A stretch of DNA of 64,000 bases from Callorhinchus milii. Taxonomy: Eukaryota. Position 1 is the stretch's first letter, and every line of letters starts with the position of its first letter. Below, one piece after another: positions 13,766 to 28,605 of the stretch. A program made the position numbers and the translations under genes. Below the pieces are notes generated by a model. The model saw only the letters and a list, made by a program, of their open reading frames with translations. It was not told the origin of the DNA and did no database searches. The stretch lies in contig NW_024704742.1 of the NCBI RefSeq assembly GCF_018977255.1, positions 75,766,001 to 75,830,000 on the forward strand, read 5' to 3'.

Positions 13766-14868
13766 CCACTACAAACTTGTACACAGTGTGCTAGGCCCCA
13801 ATATAAACCTATACACACAGTGTGCTAAGCCCCACTATAAACCTATACACACAGTGTGCTAGGCCCCACTATAAACCTATACACACAGTGTGCTAGGCCC
13901 CACTATAAACCTATACACACAGTGTGCTAGGCCCCACTATAAACCTATACACACAGTGTGCTAAGCCCCACTATAAACCTATACACACAGTGTGCTAGGC
14001 CCCACTATAAACCTATACACACAGTGTGCTAAGCCCCACTATAAACCTATACACACAGTGTGCTAGGCCCCACTATAAACCTATACACACAGTGTGCTAG
14101 GCCCCACTATAAACCTATACACACAGTGTGCTAAGCCCCACTATAAACCTATACACACTGTGTGCTGAGCCCCACTATAAACCTATACACACAGTGTGCT
14201 AGGCCCCACTATAAACCTATACACACAGTGTGCTAGGCCCCACTATAAACCTATACACACAGTGTGCTAGGCCCCACTATAAACCTATACACACAGTGTG
14301 CTAGGCCCCACTATAAACCTATACACACTGTGTGCTAAGCCCCACTATAAACCTATACACACAGTGTGCTAGGCCCCACTATAAACCTATACACACAGTG
14401 TGCTAAGCCCCACTATAAACCTATACACACAGTGTGCTAGGCCCCACTATAAACCTATACACACAGTGTGCTAGGCCCCACTATAAACCTATACACACAG
14501 TGTGCTAGGCCCCACTATAAACCTATACACAGTGTGCTAGGCCCCATTATAAACCTATACACACAGTGTGCTAAGCCCCACTATAAACCTATACACACAG
14601 TGTGCTAGGCCCCACTATAAACCTATACACACAGTGTGCTAAGCCCCACTATAAACCTATACACACAGTGTGCTAGGCCCCACTATAAACCTATACACAC
14701 AGTGTGCTAGGCCCCACTATAAACCTATACACACAGTGTGCTAGGCCCCACTATAAACCTATACACACAGTGTGCTAGGCCCCACTATAAACCTATACAC
14801 ACAGTGTGCTAGGCCCCACTATAAACCTATACACACAGTGTGCTAGGCCCCACACACAGTGTGCTAGG
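13766..14868. repeat. 34-bp minisatellite, about 32 copies (AGGCCCCACTATAAACCTATACACACAGTGTGCT)
   Basis: Head-to-tail near-identical units with no spacers, in DNAJB14 intron 1. Confidence 0.97.
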
Positions 14869-17485
14869 TTCTGGGCCTCTTGCGCTGTTTGCTCAACGCT
14901 GCTACTGTGGGTGGAATGGCTCTGATCGCCCACGCACAGTGTGGGGAGTGTTGGGATCACAGAAGCGGCGCGAGCCTGAAATCGGCTGCGTCCACTAGTG
15001 ATTGAGCGATGATAGAAATATCAGCTGCGCAACACTACTGCTGTCTACTTGCTCAGCGCCCTGATAAGATGCTTAATCCCATCCTTGCCCAACTCCATTG
15101 GATTCCCATCACAGAGGATACAGTTCAAGATCCTGGTCCTCACTTTCAAAGCCCCCATGGTCTGGCTGCCCCCTACCTCTGCCACCTCCTAACCCCTACC
15201 ATCCTCCCCGCTTCCTCCGCTCAGTGGGCTCCTTCCTGCTCCACGTCCCCCACCTAGCCCGCCCCACAATTGGCGGGCGAGCCTTCAGCCACTCTGACCC
15301 CACCCTCTGGAACTCGATCTCGCAGTCCCACCGCCTCGCCCCTTCCCTTGCCTCCTTCAAGACGCATCTCAGGACCCTCTTCTTCGACCACCCTCCTTCC
15401 CCCACTGCTCTCCACCCTCCCCGATCCCAACCTCCAGCTCGGGTCCGAAACACTGATTGTCCAGCGCTTTGGGACGTCCTCCCGATGTGATAAGGGCTAT
15501 ACAAATGTAATTTTGTTGTTGTAGTAGTAATCTGATTCCTGTGACAAATTCTTGGTTAGTACTGGACTATAAATAATAATAATCCTTGAATTTGATATAG
15601 CGACTTAGCACGTCTTCAAGATGTCTCAAAACGCTTCACAGAATATACTGTAAAGTGAATTGACTGTATATTTTGTGGGCGAACTATTCAGTACAGTACG
15701 ATAGCGAAGTATTCAAATTAACATCCATAGTATTTTAAGCATAATTACATTTCCAGGAAATATATGGCTGTAGTTTTAATCTAGGCTGTTTAACAAAATG
15801 CGCCTCTCAAGAGCACTGATTTCTGCAATTTTCCGCGAAATTTATCATGTGGCCCACAATCTGGGGCAAATATTTCTGCAATTTTCTTTTGGCCCAGATC
15901 ATGGGTAACTTTCTCCCTCCACTCCCAGATTTTCACAAACAAGTGACAATGATATGATTCACATAAGAAAATTATTACATTATTCATGTCATATCATGAA
16001 ATGTCCAAAACAGCTCTAGTGATGCGAATGAAGGTCTAAGCAAATTAAAATCCAAGATAAAGCCATAATTAACAAGCAAATATCATTAGCAGCACTTAAA
16101 CTAATTACACTTAAACCCTGGATAGCTGGGGGGGGGCGAGATTTGTCTGCCGAGCTGGAATTTCCAGTTAAGTGTAATTCCAATCAATGCCAATTTCAAA
16201 ATCCCAGCATTGTAATTGTAATTGTTTGAATCCTCTCAAGTAGACAATAGCGGATAAACAATCTAAGTCATAGATAATATTCCTGGCCACTGTGAGGGCC
16301 AACAAGGACAGTGAGGCTGCAGGATTGGTGAGCACCAGGAGAGCTGGGAGTCGGGAGTCTATATTTTCCCAAAAATACACAGTAAATTCAGCTTATAGTG
16401 TACTCTGTGAAGCGCTTTGAGACATCTCAACAACATATTAAGGCGATATATCAAACACAAGAATTATTATTTTATTATTATATACATGTGTGTATATAAG
16501 ATTTTTTTAAAAATGTTTTGGTTTTGGGCCTTTTCCAGGTAGATTTGAATTCCGCAAGACTGGGGTTTACTGTATTGTAACTTTCTCAAAGCATGCCCTG
16601 AAATGTATTCGAAAAGAACAGGATTTTAAACAAAATAAACATGAAAAGATTTAAAAAGTAGTCAATATACTGTATCCAAATATCATACAAAATCAATGGT
16701 ATGTGTGTTAATAACTATCCTTGCATTTCAAATAAACCTTTATGTCGTCAAAATATTAAGAGCTTCTCAATGAATAGCTAATTGTAGCAACTGTGTATCA
16801 GTAGGCAAGATTATAGATATTCTACTTTTCTCTTCCGTGCTTCTATCCCTACAATGCACCTTATTTGAAGGTGTATTATGTATGCTTAGAATGTATATAC
16901 ATACATATACAGTATATATAATATATACACAGTCATATATATATATACTTAGAATATAAAACAAATACTGCCCTCTCCCCCTCTCTCCATCTTGTTTCCA
17001 GAGCCATTTAGAGATCAGCATCGGGTTTCCTTTTAGGCAATTATATAAATTATACAATAGCCAAAACATACAGAAAGTCTTTGAAAAATACTCCCATGTT
17101 GATTGAAGCAGTATTCTAGATAACATGTTTCTTATCCGATAAAGGTCTGACAAAATTAAAAACTGGGGGCATGGGATGAGAATTAAAATATCTGTTTCCC
17201 CCTTAAAAACTTCACTGTATTATTCAACTGTATGTAACATCAGCTTTGGCCCATGGCTGTCACTGATCTGAATCAATGAGACGTGTTTTGCTTTCTAGAA
17301 TAAAATCACACAAACAAACAAAATAAATAACAATCCTTGCATTTGATACAGCACCTTATCACTCCATTGAGACATCTCAAAGCGCTTCACAGAATATACT
17401 GTAAAGTGGATTGACTGTGTATTTTAGACACCCTTATACATTGAGCACATTTCCTCACCCACTGACTTAGTTACACATAATTTAT

Positions 17486-19960
17486 AGACACACATGGGCA
17501 CATATATATATATACACACACACACACCCGCACAGTTTACACCCATGCGCATATATACACCCGCACACACCCAGATACATACACACAGACACGCATGCAC
17601 GCAGACAGGCACGCACACAGGCAGACAGGTACGCACACAGGCAGACAGGCACACACACAGGCACACAGGCAGGCAGACACGCACTGAGACACGCACGCAC
17701 GCACACAGACACGCACACAGACAGGCACGCACGCAGACAGGCACGCATGCACACAGGCAGACAGGCACGCACGCGCACAGGCAGACAGGCACGCACGCGC
17801 ACAGGCAGACAGGCACGCACGCGCACAGGCAGACAGGCACGCACGCACACAGGCACGCACGCACACAGGCAGACAGGCACGCACGCACACAGGCACGCAC
17901 GCACACAGGCACGCACGCACACAGGCAGACAGGCACGCACGCGCACAGGCACGCACGCACACAGGCACGCACGCACACAGGCAGACAGGCACGCACGCGC
18001 ACAGGCAGACAGGCACGCACGCGCACAGGCAGACAGGCACGCACACAGGCAGACAGGCACGCACACAGATACACACACACATACTCACACACAGATACAC
18101 GCACACAGATAGGTACACGCACGGACAGGTACACGCTCACAGACAGGTACACATACAGATACACACACACAAACAGATATACACACACATACAGACAAAT
18201 ACACAGACGGACAGGTACACACACACAACCAGATACACACACACACACAGATATACACACACACAGATACACACACACAGACACAGATACACACACACAG
18301 ATACACACACACACAGATACACACACACAGATACACACACACACACAGATACACACACACACGCAGATACACACACACAGATACACACACACACAGATAC
18401 ACACACACGCAGATACACACACACAGATACACACACACAGATACACACACACGCAGATACACACAGATACAAATAGACACACAGACACAGATACACACAC
18501 ACACAGACACACACACACATATACACACACAGAGATACAGACACACACACACAGATACACACACACAGATATACACACACACACACAGATACAGACACAC
18601 ACACACACAGACACACACACACAGATACACACACACAGATATACACACACACAGACACACACACACAGAAACACAGACACAGATACACACACACGCAGAT
18701 ACACACACAGATACAAATAGACACACAGACACAGATACACACACACACAGATACACACACACAGATACACACACACACACACACAGACAGATACACACAC
18801 ACAGATATACACACAGACACACACACACAGATACACACACACACAGACACACACACACAGAAACACAGACACAGATACACACACAGATATACACACACAC
18901 AGACACACACACACAGATACACACACACACAGATATAGACACACAGATATACACACACACAGATACAGACACACACAGACACACAGACACAGATACACAC
19001 ACACACAGACACACACACACAGAAACACAGACACAGATACACACACAGATATACACACACACAGATACACACACACACAGACACACACACACAGAAACAC
19101 AGACACAGATACACACACAGATATACACACACACAGACACACACACACAGATACACACACACACAGATATAGACACACAGATATACACACACACAGATAC
19201 AGACACACAGACACAGATACACACACACACAGACACACACACACAGACACACAGACACAGATACACACACAGATATACACACACACAGACACACACACAC
19301 AGATACACACACACACAGATATAGACACACAGATATACACAGACACAGATACACACACACACAGACACACACACACACAGACACACACACACACAGACAC
19401 ACACACACACACACAGACACACACACACACACAGACACACACACACACAGACACACACACACACAGACACAGATACACAGACACACACACACAGACACAC
19501 ACACACAGACACAGATACACAGACACACACACACACACACAGACACACACACACACACAGACACACACACACAGACACACACACACAGACACACACACAC
19601 AGACACACACACACAGACACACACACACACACACAGACACACACACACACACAGACACACACAGACACACAGATACACAGACACACACACACACAGACAC
19701 ACACACACACACAGACACACAGACAACACACACACACACACACAGACACACACACACACACACAGACACAGAGACACACACACAGACACACACACAGACA
19801 CACACACACACACACACACAGACACAGATACACACAGACACACACACACACACACACAGACACAGATACACACAGACACACACACAGACACACACACACA
19901 GATACACACACAGACACACACACACACACACACAGACACACACACACAGACACACAGACA
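17486..19960. repeat. Compound (CA)n-based microsatellite of about 2.5 kb
   Basis: Successive CAGG/CACG, CAGATA and CAGA interrupted CA blocks; source of the long spurious CV/TH ORFs. Confidence 0.97.
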
Positions 19961-20064
19961 GGTGAGTGACGGGGTGACAGGCCTCCGGCCTCCTCCTGAC
20001 ACGGCCCTGGAGAGAGAGGGAGAGAGAGAGGGGGGGACAGGCCGCCGCCGCCCCCGAGCTTTAC

Positions 20065-20197
20065 CTTTGGCCTCGGCCGAGGGGTACAGCTTCTCCGACT
20101 TGTGGAGGAACTTGAGCGCTTTCTCCTGGTCCCCGCACTGCAGCGCTCGGCGGGCGATCTCCAGACACTTCCCCGCCTCGTCCTTATTCCCTTCCAT
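20065..20197 (-). CDS. DNAJB14: DnaJ homolog subfamily B member 14, coding exon 1
   Basis: Translates [44 protein letters not shown], matching the DNAJB12/14 N-terminus. 133 coding bp ending at donor AAG|GTAAAG (phase 1); locally CpG-rich. Confidence 0.93.
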
Positions 20198-20199
20198 CT

Positions 20200-21316
20200 T
20201 CCCCCTCCCGTCAGTGAGAGGGAGAGGGGGAGGGGGAGGGGGGACAGTCAGTGAGAGGGGGAGAGAGAGGGGGAGGGGGGGACAGTCAGTGAGAGGAGGA
20301 GAGGGGGAGTGTGGGACAGTCAGTGAGAGGGGAGGGGGAGGGGGGGACAGTCAGTGAGAGGGGGAGGGGGAGGGAGGGGGGACAGTCAGTGAGAGGGGGA
20401 GAGGGGGAGAGGGAGGGGGAGTGTGACAGTCAGTGAGAGGGGGAGGGGGGGAGTGTGACAGTCAGTGAGAGGGAGAGAGGGAGGGGGGGACAGTCAGTGA
20501 GAGGGGAGGGGAGGGAGGGACAGTCAGTGAGAGGGGGAGGGGGGGACAGTCAGTGAGAGGGGGAGGGGGAGGGGGGGTGGACAGTCAGTGAGAGGGGGAG
20601 GGGGGGGGGAGTGTGACAGTCAGTGAGAGGGAGAGGGAGGGGGGGAGTGTGACAGTCAGTGAGAGGGGAGGGGGGGAGTGTGACAGTCAGTGAGAGGAGG
20701 AGAGGGGGAGTGTGACAGTCAGTGAGAGGAGGAGAGGGGGAGTGTGACAGTCAGTGAGAGGAGGAGAGGGGGAGTGTGACAGTCAGTGAGAGGGGGAGGG
20801 GGGGACAGTCAGTGAGAGGGAGAGGGGGAGAGAGAGGGGGAGTGTGACAGTCAGTGAGAGGGAGAGAGGAGGGGGGAGTGTGACAGTCAGTGAGAGGGGG
20901 AGAGAGAGGGGGAGTGTGACAGTCAGTGAGAGGGGGAGTGTGACAGTCAGTGAGAGGGGGAGGGGGGAGTGTGACAGTCAGTGAGAGGGGAGGGGGGGAG
21001 TGTGACAGTCAGTGAGAGGGGGGGGGGGAGTGTGACAGTCAGTGAGAGGGGGAGGGGGAGGGGGACAGTCAGTGAGAGGGGAGGGGGAGGGGGGAGTGTG
21101 ACAGTCAGTGAGAGGGAGGGGGGGAGTGTGACAGTCAGTGAGAGGGGGAGGGGGAGGGGGGGAGTGTGACAGTCAGTGAGAGGGGGAGTGTGACAGTCAG
21201 TGAGAGGGGGAGTGTGACAGTCAGTGAGAGGGGGAGGGGGGGAGTGTGACAGTCAGTGAGAGGGGGAGGGGGTGAGTGTGTGAGGGTCAGAGGGTGTGAG
21301 TCAGTGAGAGGGGGAG
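20200..21316. repeat. G-rich VNTR with core (GTGT)GACAGTCAGTGAGAGG and variable G/A spacers
   Basis: Several dozen units directly upstream of the DNAJB14 ATG. Confidence 0.95.
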
Positions 21317-22324
21317 GTCATTGACCAGTTTTAGATTTTATATTGTGACACTACACATTGCCAAAGTCTAAATGCAACTCTTCCCATTTCTAAACCCTGA
21401 AGTTAGGTATGTGTTATTTTAATGTTATATAAGCTACTGCTGCTGCTGTGAAATTCTGGGCCCTCAACCATTATTAATCAAATTGTACAATCTCTAGGCA
21501 CTCTTTAAGATGCTGTGGAGGTAAGACGCTTTCATCACCATGGAATATGCAATTTTCCTGATTTATTCAGATTTTCTACTATATCCCACATCACCTGTTA
21601 CTCAGAAAATAGCCCCCCCCCCCCCCCCACACCACCATGTGATCCTTCCTGGATCCTGAAAAGACTAATTAGCCAAAATATTGATGACTTTAATGACTTT
21701 CATTTAATTTAATTTAATGACAATTCCTCCCAATCTCTAGTCCCTTCAAACCAAGTATTAATCCAGTGAATTGTCACTGGACACACGTACATCCTTCCTA
21801 AAATTGCTGTGTGCAAACTGGCTGCCACATTCACCAGCAAATATATTTTACAGTATATCCCGTGAAGCACTTTGAGATGTTCTGTTGATGTGATAAGACC
21901 ATATATCAAATGCACTGATTTTTACATTATTATTATAAGATTATACGCTCCTTAAGATTGGGTGCCCAATCTTATGTAACATAATCATCCAAATTATTCC
22001 TGTGTATTGATAATAAGGAGGTATAATCTAAAATGTTGTCACTGGAAATAGTTAAGGGGTAAATTAGAAGAAACATTTTTGTGCTGAGGGTTATTAATAA
22101 TATTAATCCTTTCATTTGAAACAGCACCTTATCATGTCATTGAGATATCTCAAAGTGCTTCACAGAATATACTGTATATTTTGTGAGTGAAACGCGGCAG
22201 CCAATTACACACAGCAGTGTCCCACAAACAGACGTGGATTGACTGACAACATTTTTTTTCTAAGGTATTATTACGCCGGAAAGCAATCCGCCCATTGACA
22301 AACAACTGCGTTCCTACTTATGCT

Positions 22325-24150
22325 CCACGACTACTGGTGTCCTGCGACTGCCTGTCCGACATCAAGTCCTGGACGAGGGCCAACTTTCTCCAACTCAACT
22401 CAGCAAGACCAAGGCCCTCCTGATTGGCTCGTGCCAGCGCCTCCGCACCTCGGGCGCTGGCAGCATCAGCCCTCACGGCCGCACACTCAACCTCACTAAG
22501 CCAGTCAGGAACCTTGTGTCTTGTTTGAACCTGAACTGTCCTTTCTCCCCCACATCCGCACCATGACCGGCACTGCCTACCACCACCTCCACAACATTGC
22601 CAGACTCCGCCAGTGCCTCACCCCTCAGGCTGCCGAAACCCTCACTCACGCATTCGTCACATCAAGGCTCGATTATGCAAACTCCCTCCTCATCGGCCTT
22701 CCCAACTCTTCCCTTCACAAGCTGCAGATCATCCAAAACTCTGCAGCTCGTGTACTCTCATGCACCAGGCTCCGTGACCCCATCACTCCCACCCTCGACG
22801 ACTTCACTGGCTCCCCATCCCTCAAAGAAAAGGGAAAGAGCAGAGCAGATGAGATCAGAGCAATTATCTCCAGTGGAGAACCTGACACCAGTATGAGCCG
22901 CTTCAATCCTGCTTGTCTAATCCAACTGCCTGTTTGCTGGACTTCCCAACTCTTCCCTCCACAAGCTGCAGAGTATTCAAAACTCCTTCCACCAGACTCT
23001 GCAAAACAATCACCCCTTGTTCTTCCCGGCTTCACTGGCTCCCCATCCCTCAGAGAATGGAGTACAACACAACAACAACAACAACAACAACAAGATTCAA
23101 TTTATAAAGCGCCTTTCACGTCAGGAGGACGTCCCAAGGCGCTGCACAGTTGGGGCATGACCCGAGCAGGGGGAAATGGTCAGGGTGAGGGGAGGGAAGG
23201 GAGGGAGCGAGGAGGGGGAAATGGTCAGGGTGAGGGGAGGGAAGGGAGGGAGCGAGGAGGGGGAAGAGAGTCGAGAGGGGAGCTGAAGGCACGGTCAAAG
23301 AGAAAGGTTTTGAGACCGGCCTTGAAGGAGGAGAGGAAGGAAGCAAGGCGAAGGCACTGGGGGATAGAGTTCCAGAGCCTAGGGGCTGAGAGGCTGAAGG
23401 CCTGACCACCGATGGTAGGGCGATTGGGGCGGGGGCGTGGAGCAGACCGGAGCCGGAGGAACGGAGGGTACGGGCAGGTAGGTAGGGGGATAGTAGGTTG
23501 GAGAGGTAGGAGGGAGCAAGGCCGTGAATGGCCTTGTAGGTGAGGATGAGGATCTTGAAATAAATCCTCTGGGGGATGGGGAGCCAGTGGAGACGAGCGA
23601 GGGTGGGAGTGATGTGGTCCGGCTCTGGTGCGGGACAGAACATGAGCTGCAGAGTTCTGAATGACCTGCAGCTTGTGGAGGGAGGTGGCGGGAAGGCCGA
23701 CGAGGAGAGAGTTCCCATAGTCCAGCCTTGAGGTGACAAAAGCCTCGTTCTCACCTTCAAAGCCCTCCAAGGTCCAGCTCCCCCAACCTCTCTGACATCA
23801 TAACCCTTATATCAGCCTGTCCGCTCTCTCCGCTCAGCAGACAACGGCCTGCTTCAGGTCCCCCGCACTTCCCGCCCCACCATTGGCAGCTGGGCATTCA
23901 GCATCTCTGCCCTACACTTTGGAACTCTATCCCGCAATCTCCCCATCTCACCCCCTCTCTTGCCTCCTTCAAGTCCCTTCTAAAGACCTTCCTCCTTGAC
24001 CGTGCCTTCGGTCACCCTCCCAACCCCTTGCCCTCCACCTCTCCTGACCCCAACTCCCAGCTCGGATCTAAAAACCTCTTGACTGTCCAGCTCCCTGGGA
24101 CTTCTATCCAACATGAGGGGAGCTACACAAGTGTAATTTGTTGCTGTTGT
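22325..24150 (+). mobile_element. Rearranged L2 3' region with a younger antisense L2 nested at about 23065-23745
   Basis: HAFVTSRLDYANSLL and LQIIQNSAAR on +. The nested copy on - has LHWLPIPQRI and a (TTG)n tail. Confidence 0.88.
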
Positions 24151-25691
24151 TTCTGTCTATCGTTTATGTGATTCCAGCCCATGGTGTCAGTCTGGCTCAG
24201 TCTGTGAGTTGTGTTGTGAGTTCTAAGCTCAAAGTTGGCACTTCAAACTTAAAGTTGGGACTTCAAACTTACGGTCCAGACTGGCATTCCAATTCAGTGT
24301 TACAGGATTACTTCTTTGAATGTTACATTAAAGTGAAGTCCCTACAACTAAATAGCCATTATATTTGCAGGAAATCATGTGAAGTGCATTGAGGCACTTC
24401 ACAGGATTTACTGTAAAGTGTCATGGCTATTTAGTTGTATTGAGCTTCGTGAGCCAATCCCCCCATCCTTACCTGACTTCACTGGCTCTCCATCCCCAGA
24501 GAATCGAATTCAAGATCCTTGTCCTTTAAAGTCCTCCATGGTCTTGCGCCTCCCTATCACTGCAACCTATTAAAACGTCACTGTCTACTCCCTCCACTCT
24601 GCAGGCACTGGTTTGCTCCAGGTGCCCCATCCCTGCCTGCTCTACCAGCGGCAATCAGGCCTTCAGCCTTTCTGCCCCATCCTCTGGAACTCAATCCCGG
24701 AGCTCCTCCACCTCGTCCTCTCCCTTGCCTCCTTCAAGGCCCATCTCAAGACTTTCCTTTTCAACCGTGGCTTCTGTCATCCTTCATCCTCCACCACCCT
24801 TGCCCTCCATCCCACTCTGATCCCAACCCACAGCTCGGTTGCAAACCCCTCATGGTCCAGCGCCTGAGCTGTGTGATTAATTTATATACCAGAATTGGTT
24901 TCAGCTTTCACAGTACCTATCCTGGCAATTCCCATGAAATATTAACTCTCTATTCCCCCTAGAGGTATAATAAGGTAAATGCAACAGCATCTGTAGATTC
25001 AACTTTCATTTCCACACAGCTTTTTGTACTGAAGGATGATTTGACTATTTTCTTAACGAGAAGAATAAGGACTCAAAATACAAAATACTGGGCAAGTAAA
25101 ATAAAATTGCTCATTCATTTCATTGCTGTTTATAGGACATTGCTATGTGAAATTGGGCTGCTGGGTTAGCCTACAAATACAGTCACTCCACTTCACAGTA
25201 GATCCTGTGAAGTGCTTCGGTATGTACTCCTGACATGAAAGGCACTATACCAAATGCAAAGATTATTATTATATAAAACAATTACTACGTGACAGTAAAT
25301 ATTGTGAAGCACTTTGAAATGTTTCTGTATTATAGGCACTGTAAAATGGAAGTACTTTGGGTATTTTCTTGCTTCTTCAATCTCTGATACAGAATGCAAC
25401 CTTTTCCTTATTTCTCGTAGTAAAGTTATAGAAGTTCACATTTCTGCCTACTGGAGTTTTCTCTCTTATTGCTCTAATCTCTCTTCAAAACTGCTCATTC
25501 CCTTCAGTTTCCTCTTTCTCAGACTCTGACCTTCCTTGGGATTCAGCGCCTTGGGATGTCCTCCCAACGTGAAAGGTGCTATACAAATGTAATCTTGTTG
25601 TTGTTGTTGTCCTTGTAACCTATATGAATTAACTCATTGCACTGGGGGCTGACTTCTCGTGCTTGGTCAGAGAGATATCAACAAAAATCAA

Positions 25692-25716
25692 NNNNNNNNN
25701 NNNNNNNNNNNNNNNN
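25692..25716. other. Assembly gap (25 N)
   Basis: Run of N. Confidence 0.99.
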
Positions 25717-28543
25717 CCAGCACAGCCCCGCCCACCCCGAGCTGACACTCACTGTCACACTCACCCATAGAGAAACTGTTGACTGCCTTTAACGATGAGA
25801 TTGAAATGTGAAGCTAATAACGTTATCTGCTTAGTTACAAACACTAAACAGAGGAATACAGTACTTTCTGTCATTCTTACATTCCCACAATAGTAGAACT
25901 GATGAAAAGGGGAGGTTTTTTGTGCAAACTCATTCAACAGTGGGCTTTCAAACTGTGCTAGTTCAAACAAGCTTGTATTATATAGTTGGAGTTAGTACAG
26001 TTAGTGGAGCTGCCTGGGTGTAAATAACGCCACACATACATGCAAACCTGATTAGGTGTGTGATATGTTACCTCAGCCTTTATGATAGCTGCACTCCAGT
26101 TCTTACCAACCTGCACTTGATACTTGTCTGGAATTAGGTAAGCAGGATGCATCCCTCCGGGGAGAGAGGGCACATTCCATACCAACAATCTATCTCTGGG
26201 ATTTCCATGTGTAGGTGGGATGCATGGAATTCTCAGCTTGGTTTGGATACTCTTAAGCATAGGGATGGGTTTCCACCTGTGTCTGACACCCAGCTGCCAA
26301 AATAAAAACGATAGCTTCACTCATTCATGTGCAATAGACAAGTGGTCAAACTCCTTAAAGTGCCCACTCTTACTATCCTAATAACTTTAATCATTAGGAT
26401 AGATGTTTGCATTGCTGCCCTTAATTTTATCATCATGTTCAAAATCCCAACATACCTAGTGGGCAGTTTTCTCTTGGAATTTAACAATGAATCTATGGTT
26501 CACTCTTTGAAATTGTACCAAATGAAGCACAGTGCTCTTGGGAGCAATGAGGCAAGAGTACAGAAAATCGATGGTGGTTTGGACTGCTCCGAGGCAGATA
26601 TGTTCCCTGAAGGCGATATTTACTCTCCCTATAAATTATTTTGCAAACATAGTTCTATGCAATTCAGATGCAGTTAACGTTGATAGATTAGACGACTGCA
26701 TCCATGTATAACACGTTTGGTTAAGGGCTCGGGAAATGCTAGCAGCTGACTGAAAAGCCCTCCATGGCCTGGCTCCTTCCTACCTCTGTGACCTGCTAAC
26801 GTCATATCAACCTGTCCGTTCCCTCTCTTCAGCAGGCTCCGGCCTGCTCCATGTTCTCTGCCTGGCCCGCCCCACCATCGTCAGTCGGGTCTTCAGCTTC
26901 TCTGCCCCCGTCCTCTGGAACGCCATCCCACAATCCCTTCACCTCCTTGCCTCCTTCAAGACATGTCTCAAGGCTCTCTTCTTCGACTGCGCCTTTGGTT
27001 AACCTCCTACCCCGACCCTCCCTGCCCTCCATCCCTCTTGATCCCAACCCCCAGCTCGGGTCCAAATCCCTGACTGTCCAGCTCCTTGGGACGTCCTCCC
27101 GACGTGAAAGGTGCTTTACAAATGTAATTTGTTGATGATGATGTTGAAATGCATGCAGATCTAATTGTGGAGAATGATAATCTGTTTCCAGACAACATGT
27201 TGGATCTTACTGATCATGTTGAAAGTGATGAGATATTCAAAAAGAGGTGTGACATATCCTTCCCCACTGATAACTTCAGGTAACTGATTTTAAAAGCTGG
27301 GACTGACCACTTAAGTGTTAATATCCTGTGTTTCACTGTGGCTTAATTTCCAGCAGCCAGAACCGCATAATGCTGATCAACATGTGAACATTTTGGACAT
27401 AAATGATCATATGAGGAGGAGGAGCATGTTATGGTATAGAAGTGGATGGAGACTCATGCTGAGTCTAAACACTGGCTCATACGAATTGGGCCAAATGGTC
27501 TGTTTCTGGATGTAAGCGGGAACCTCTATGTTCAATGAATGGATACCAACCACTGTACATGTACAGTAAACTCTTGATATCTCCAAGGTGAAAAGGTTCA
27601 ATGACAAGTTATGTGGCGTGGCATAGATCCTCCTGGGCCACAATGGGATGCTATGATTGGTGTGGGCACTCAGCAGAGGTTGCAGGCTCAGATAATAATA
27701 TTAATCCTTGCATTTTATATATCGCCTCATCACATCATCAAGACATCTCAATGCGCTTCACAGAATATACTGTAAAGTGTAGTGAATGTGTGTTTTGTGG
27801 GAGAAATGCATTGCTGAGGCCTTTGGTCTTAGTGGCGGGCCACGTCATGGCCCCTTGCTCTATCCTGCATAGGTTAGGGTGAAGGTGGGGCTCACGGGGT
27901 AGTCCTCCAATAGACCAAAGGCCTCTGCGATGCATCTGAGCATGTGTGCCCCAACCTTTGCCAAGTGCCTGTACCAGTCATGGCATAGGGCGGGGGGTCT
28001 ATGCGAAGCAAGACTCCATCTTATAGAACAAGCTATCCATAGTAAGTACTTATAAGAATATCTAGAACGTGACTAGTTACATGTTAGCGGAGTAAAAAGT
28101 AAAGGGCAATGCCTTATTAACATTTTGCATAGAAAACAGTTGGGATATTGACACTTAAGTGGTAGTGACAAGTTAAGCCAGGATCTTGTTATCAGGAGTT
28201 TACAGTGTATCACGTCGAAACATCACAATATCCTTCACAGGGTTTACTGTAAAGTAGTGACGGCGTCAGTTTGTAAGCCAACAAGGCAACCAATTTGTGC
28301 TCAGCAACGTCTCACAAACAGCCATGAAATAAATGGGGAGATATGGCCAGGACACCGGGAGAAATTCCCTTCTCTTTTCAATAATACCATCGGATCTTTA
28401 ACATCCACTTTAACATCTCACCTCGACATGATTGAAAAAAATGGGCCAAATGTTCTTCTGTGCTGTAAATTTCCCCCCAAATTCTGGAAGACACCATCTG
28501 TGACAATTACTCCACCAACATTGTACTAGAATGTCAGCCTAGA

Positions 28544-28605
28544 CTGGGGTGGCCCAACCTTTTGGCTACTGAGGGCCGGATTTGGGAAACGTCTGCGGGC
28601 CACGT
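28544..28605 (+). mobile_element. hAT/Charlie-like terminal fragment (also at 51893-51954)
   Basis: CTGGGGTGGCCCAACCTTTTGG...GAGGGCCGGATTT...GCGGGCCAC resembles hAT MITE termini; no partner end found. Confidence 0.45.

Noticed and set aside
13766..14868. CRISPR-like appearance (34-bp partly palindromic repeats)
   Set aside because: No unique spacers, no cas genes, vertebrate context: a minisatellite.
17424..19955. Very long ORFs (843, 622 and 408 aa, and the tail of the 686-aa ORF) rich in C/V or T/H
   Set aside because: Translations of the (CA)n/(TG)n microsatellite. Only the first 44 codons of the 686-aa ORF are real (DNAJB14 exon 1).
20200..21316. Constant core with variable spacers resembling a repeat-spacer array
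   Set aside because: The spacers are only G/A slippage variants, not unique sequence.
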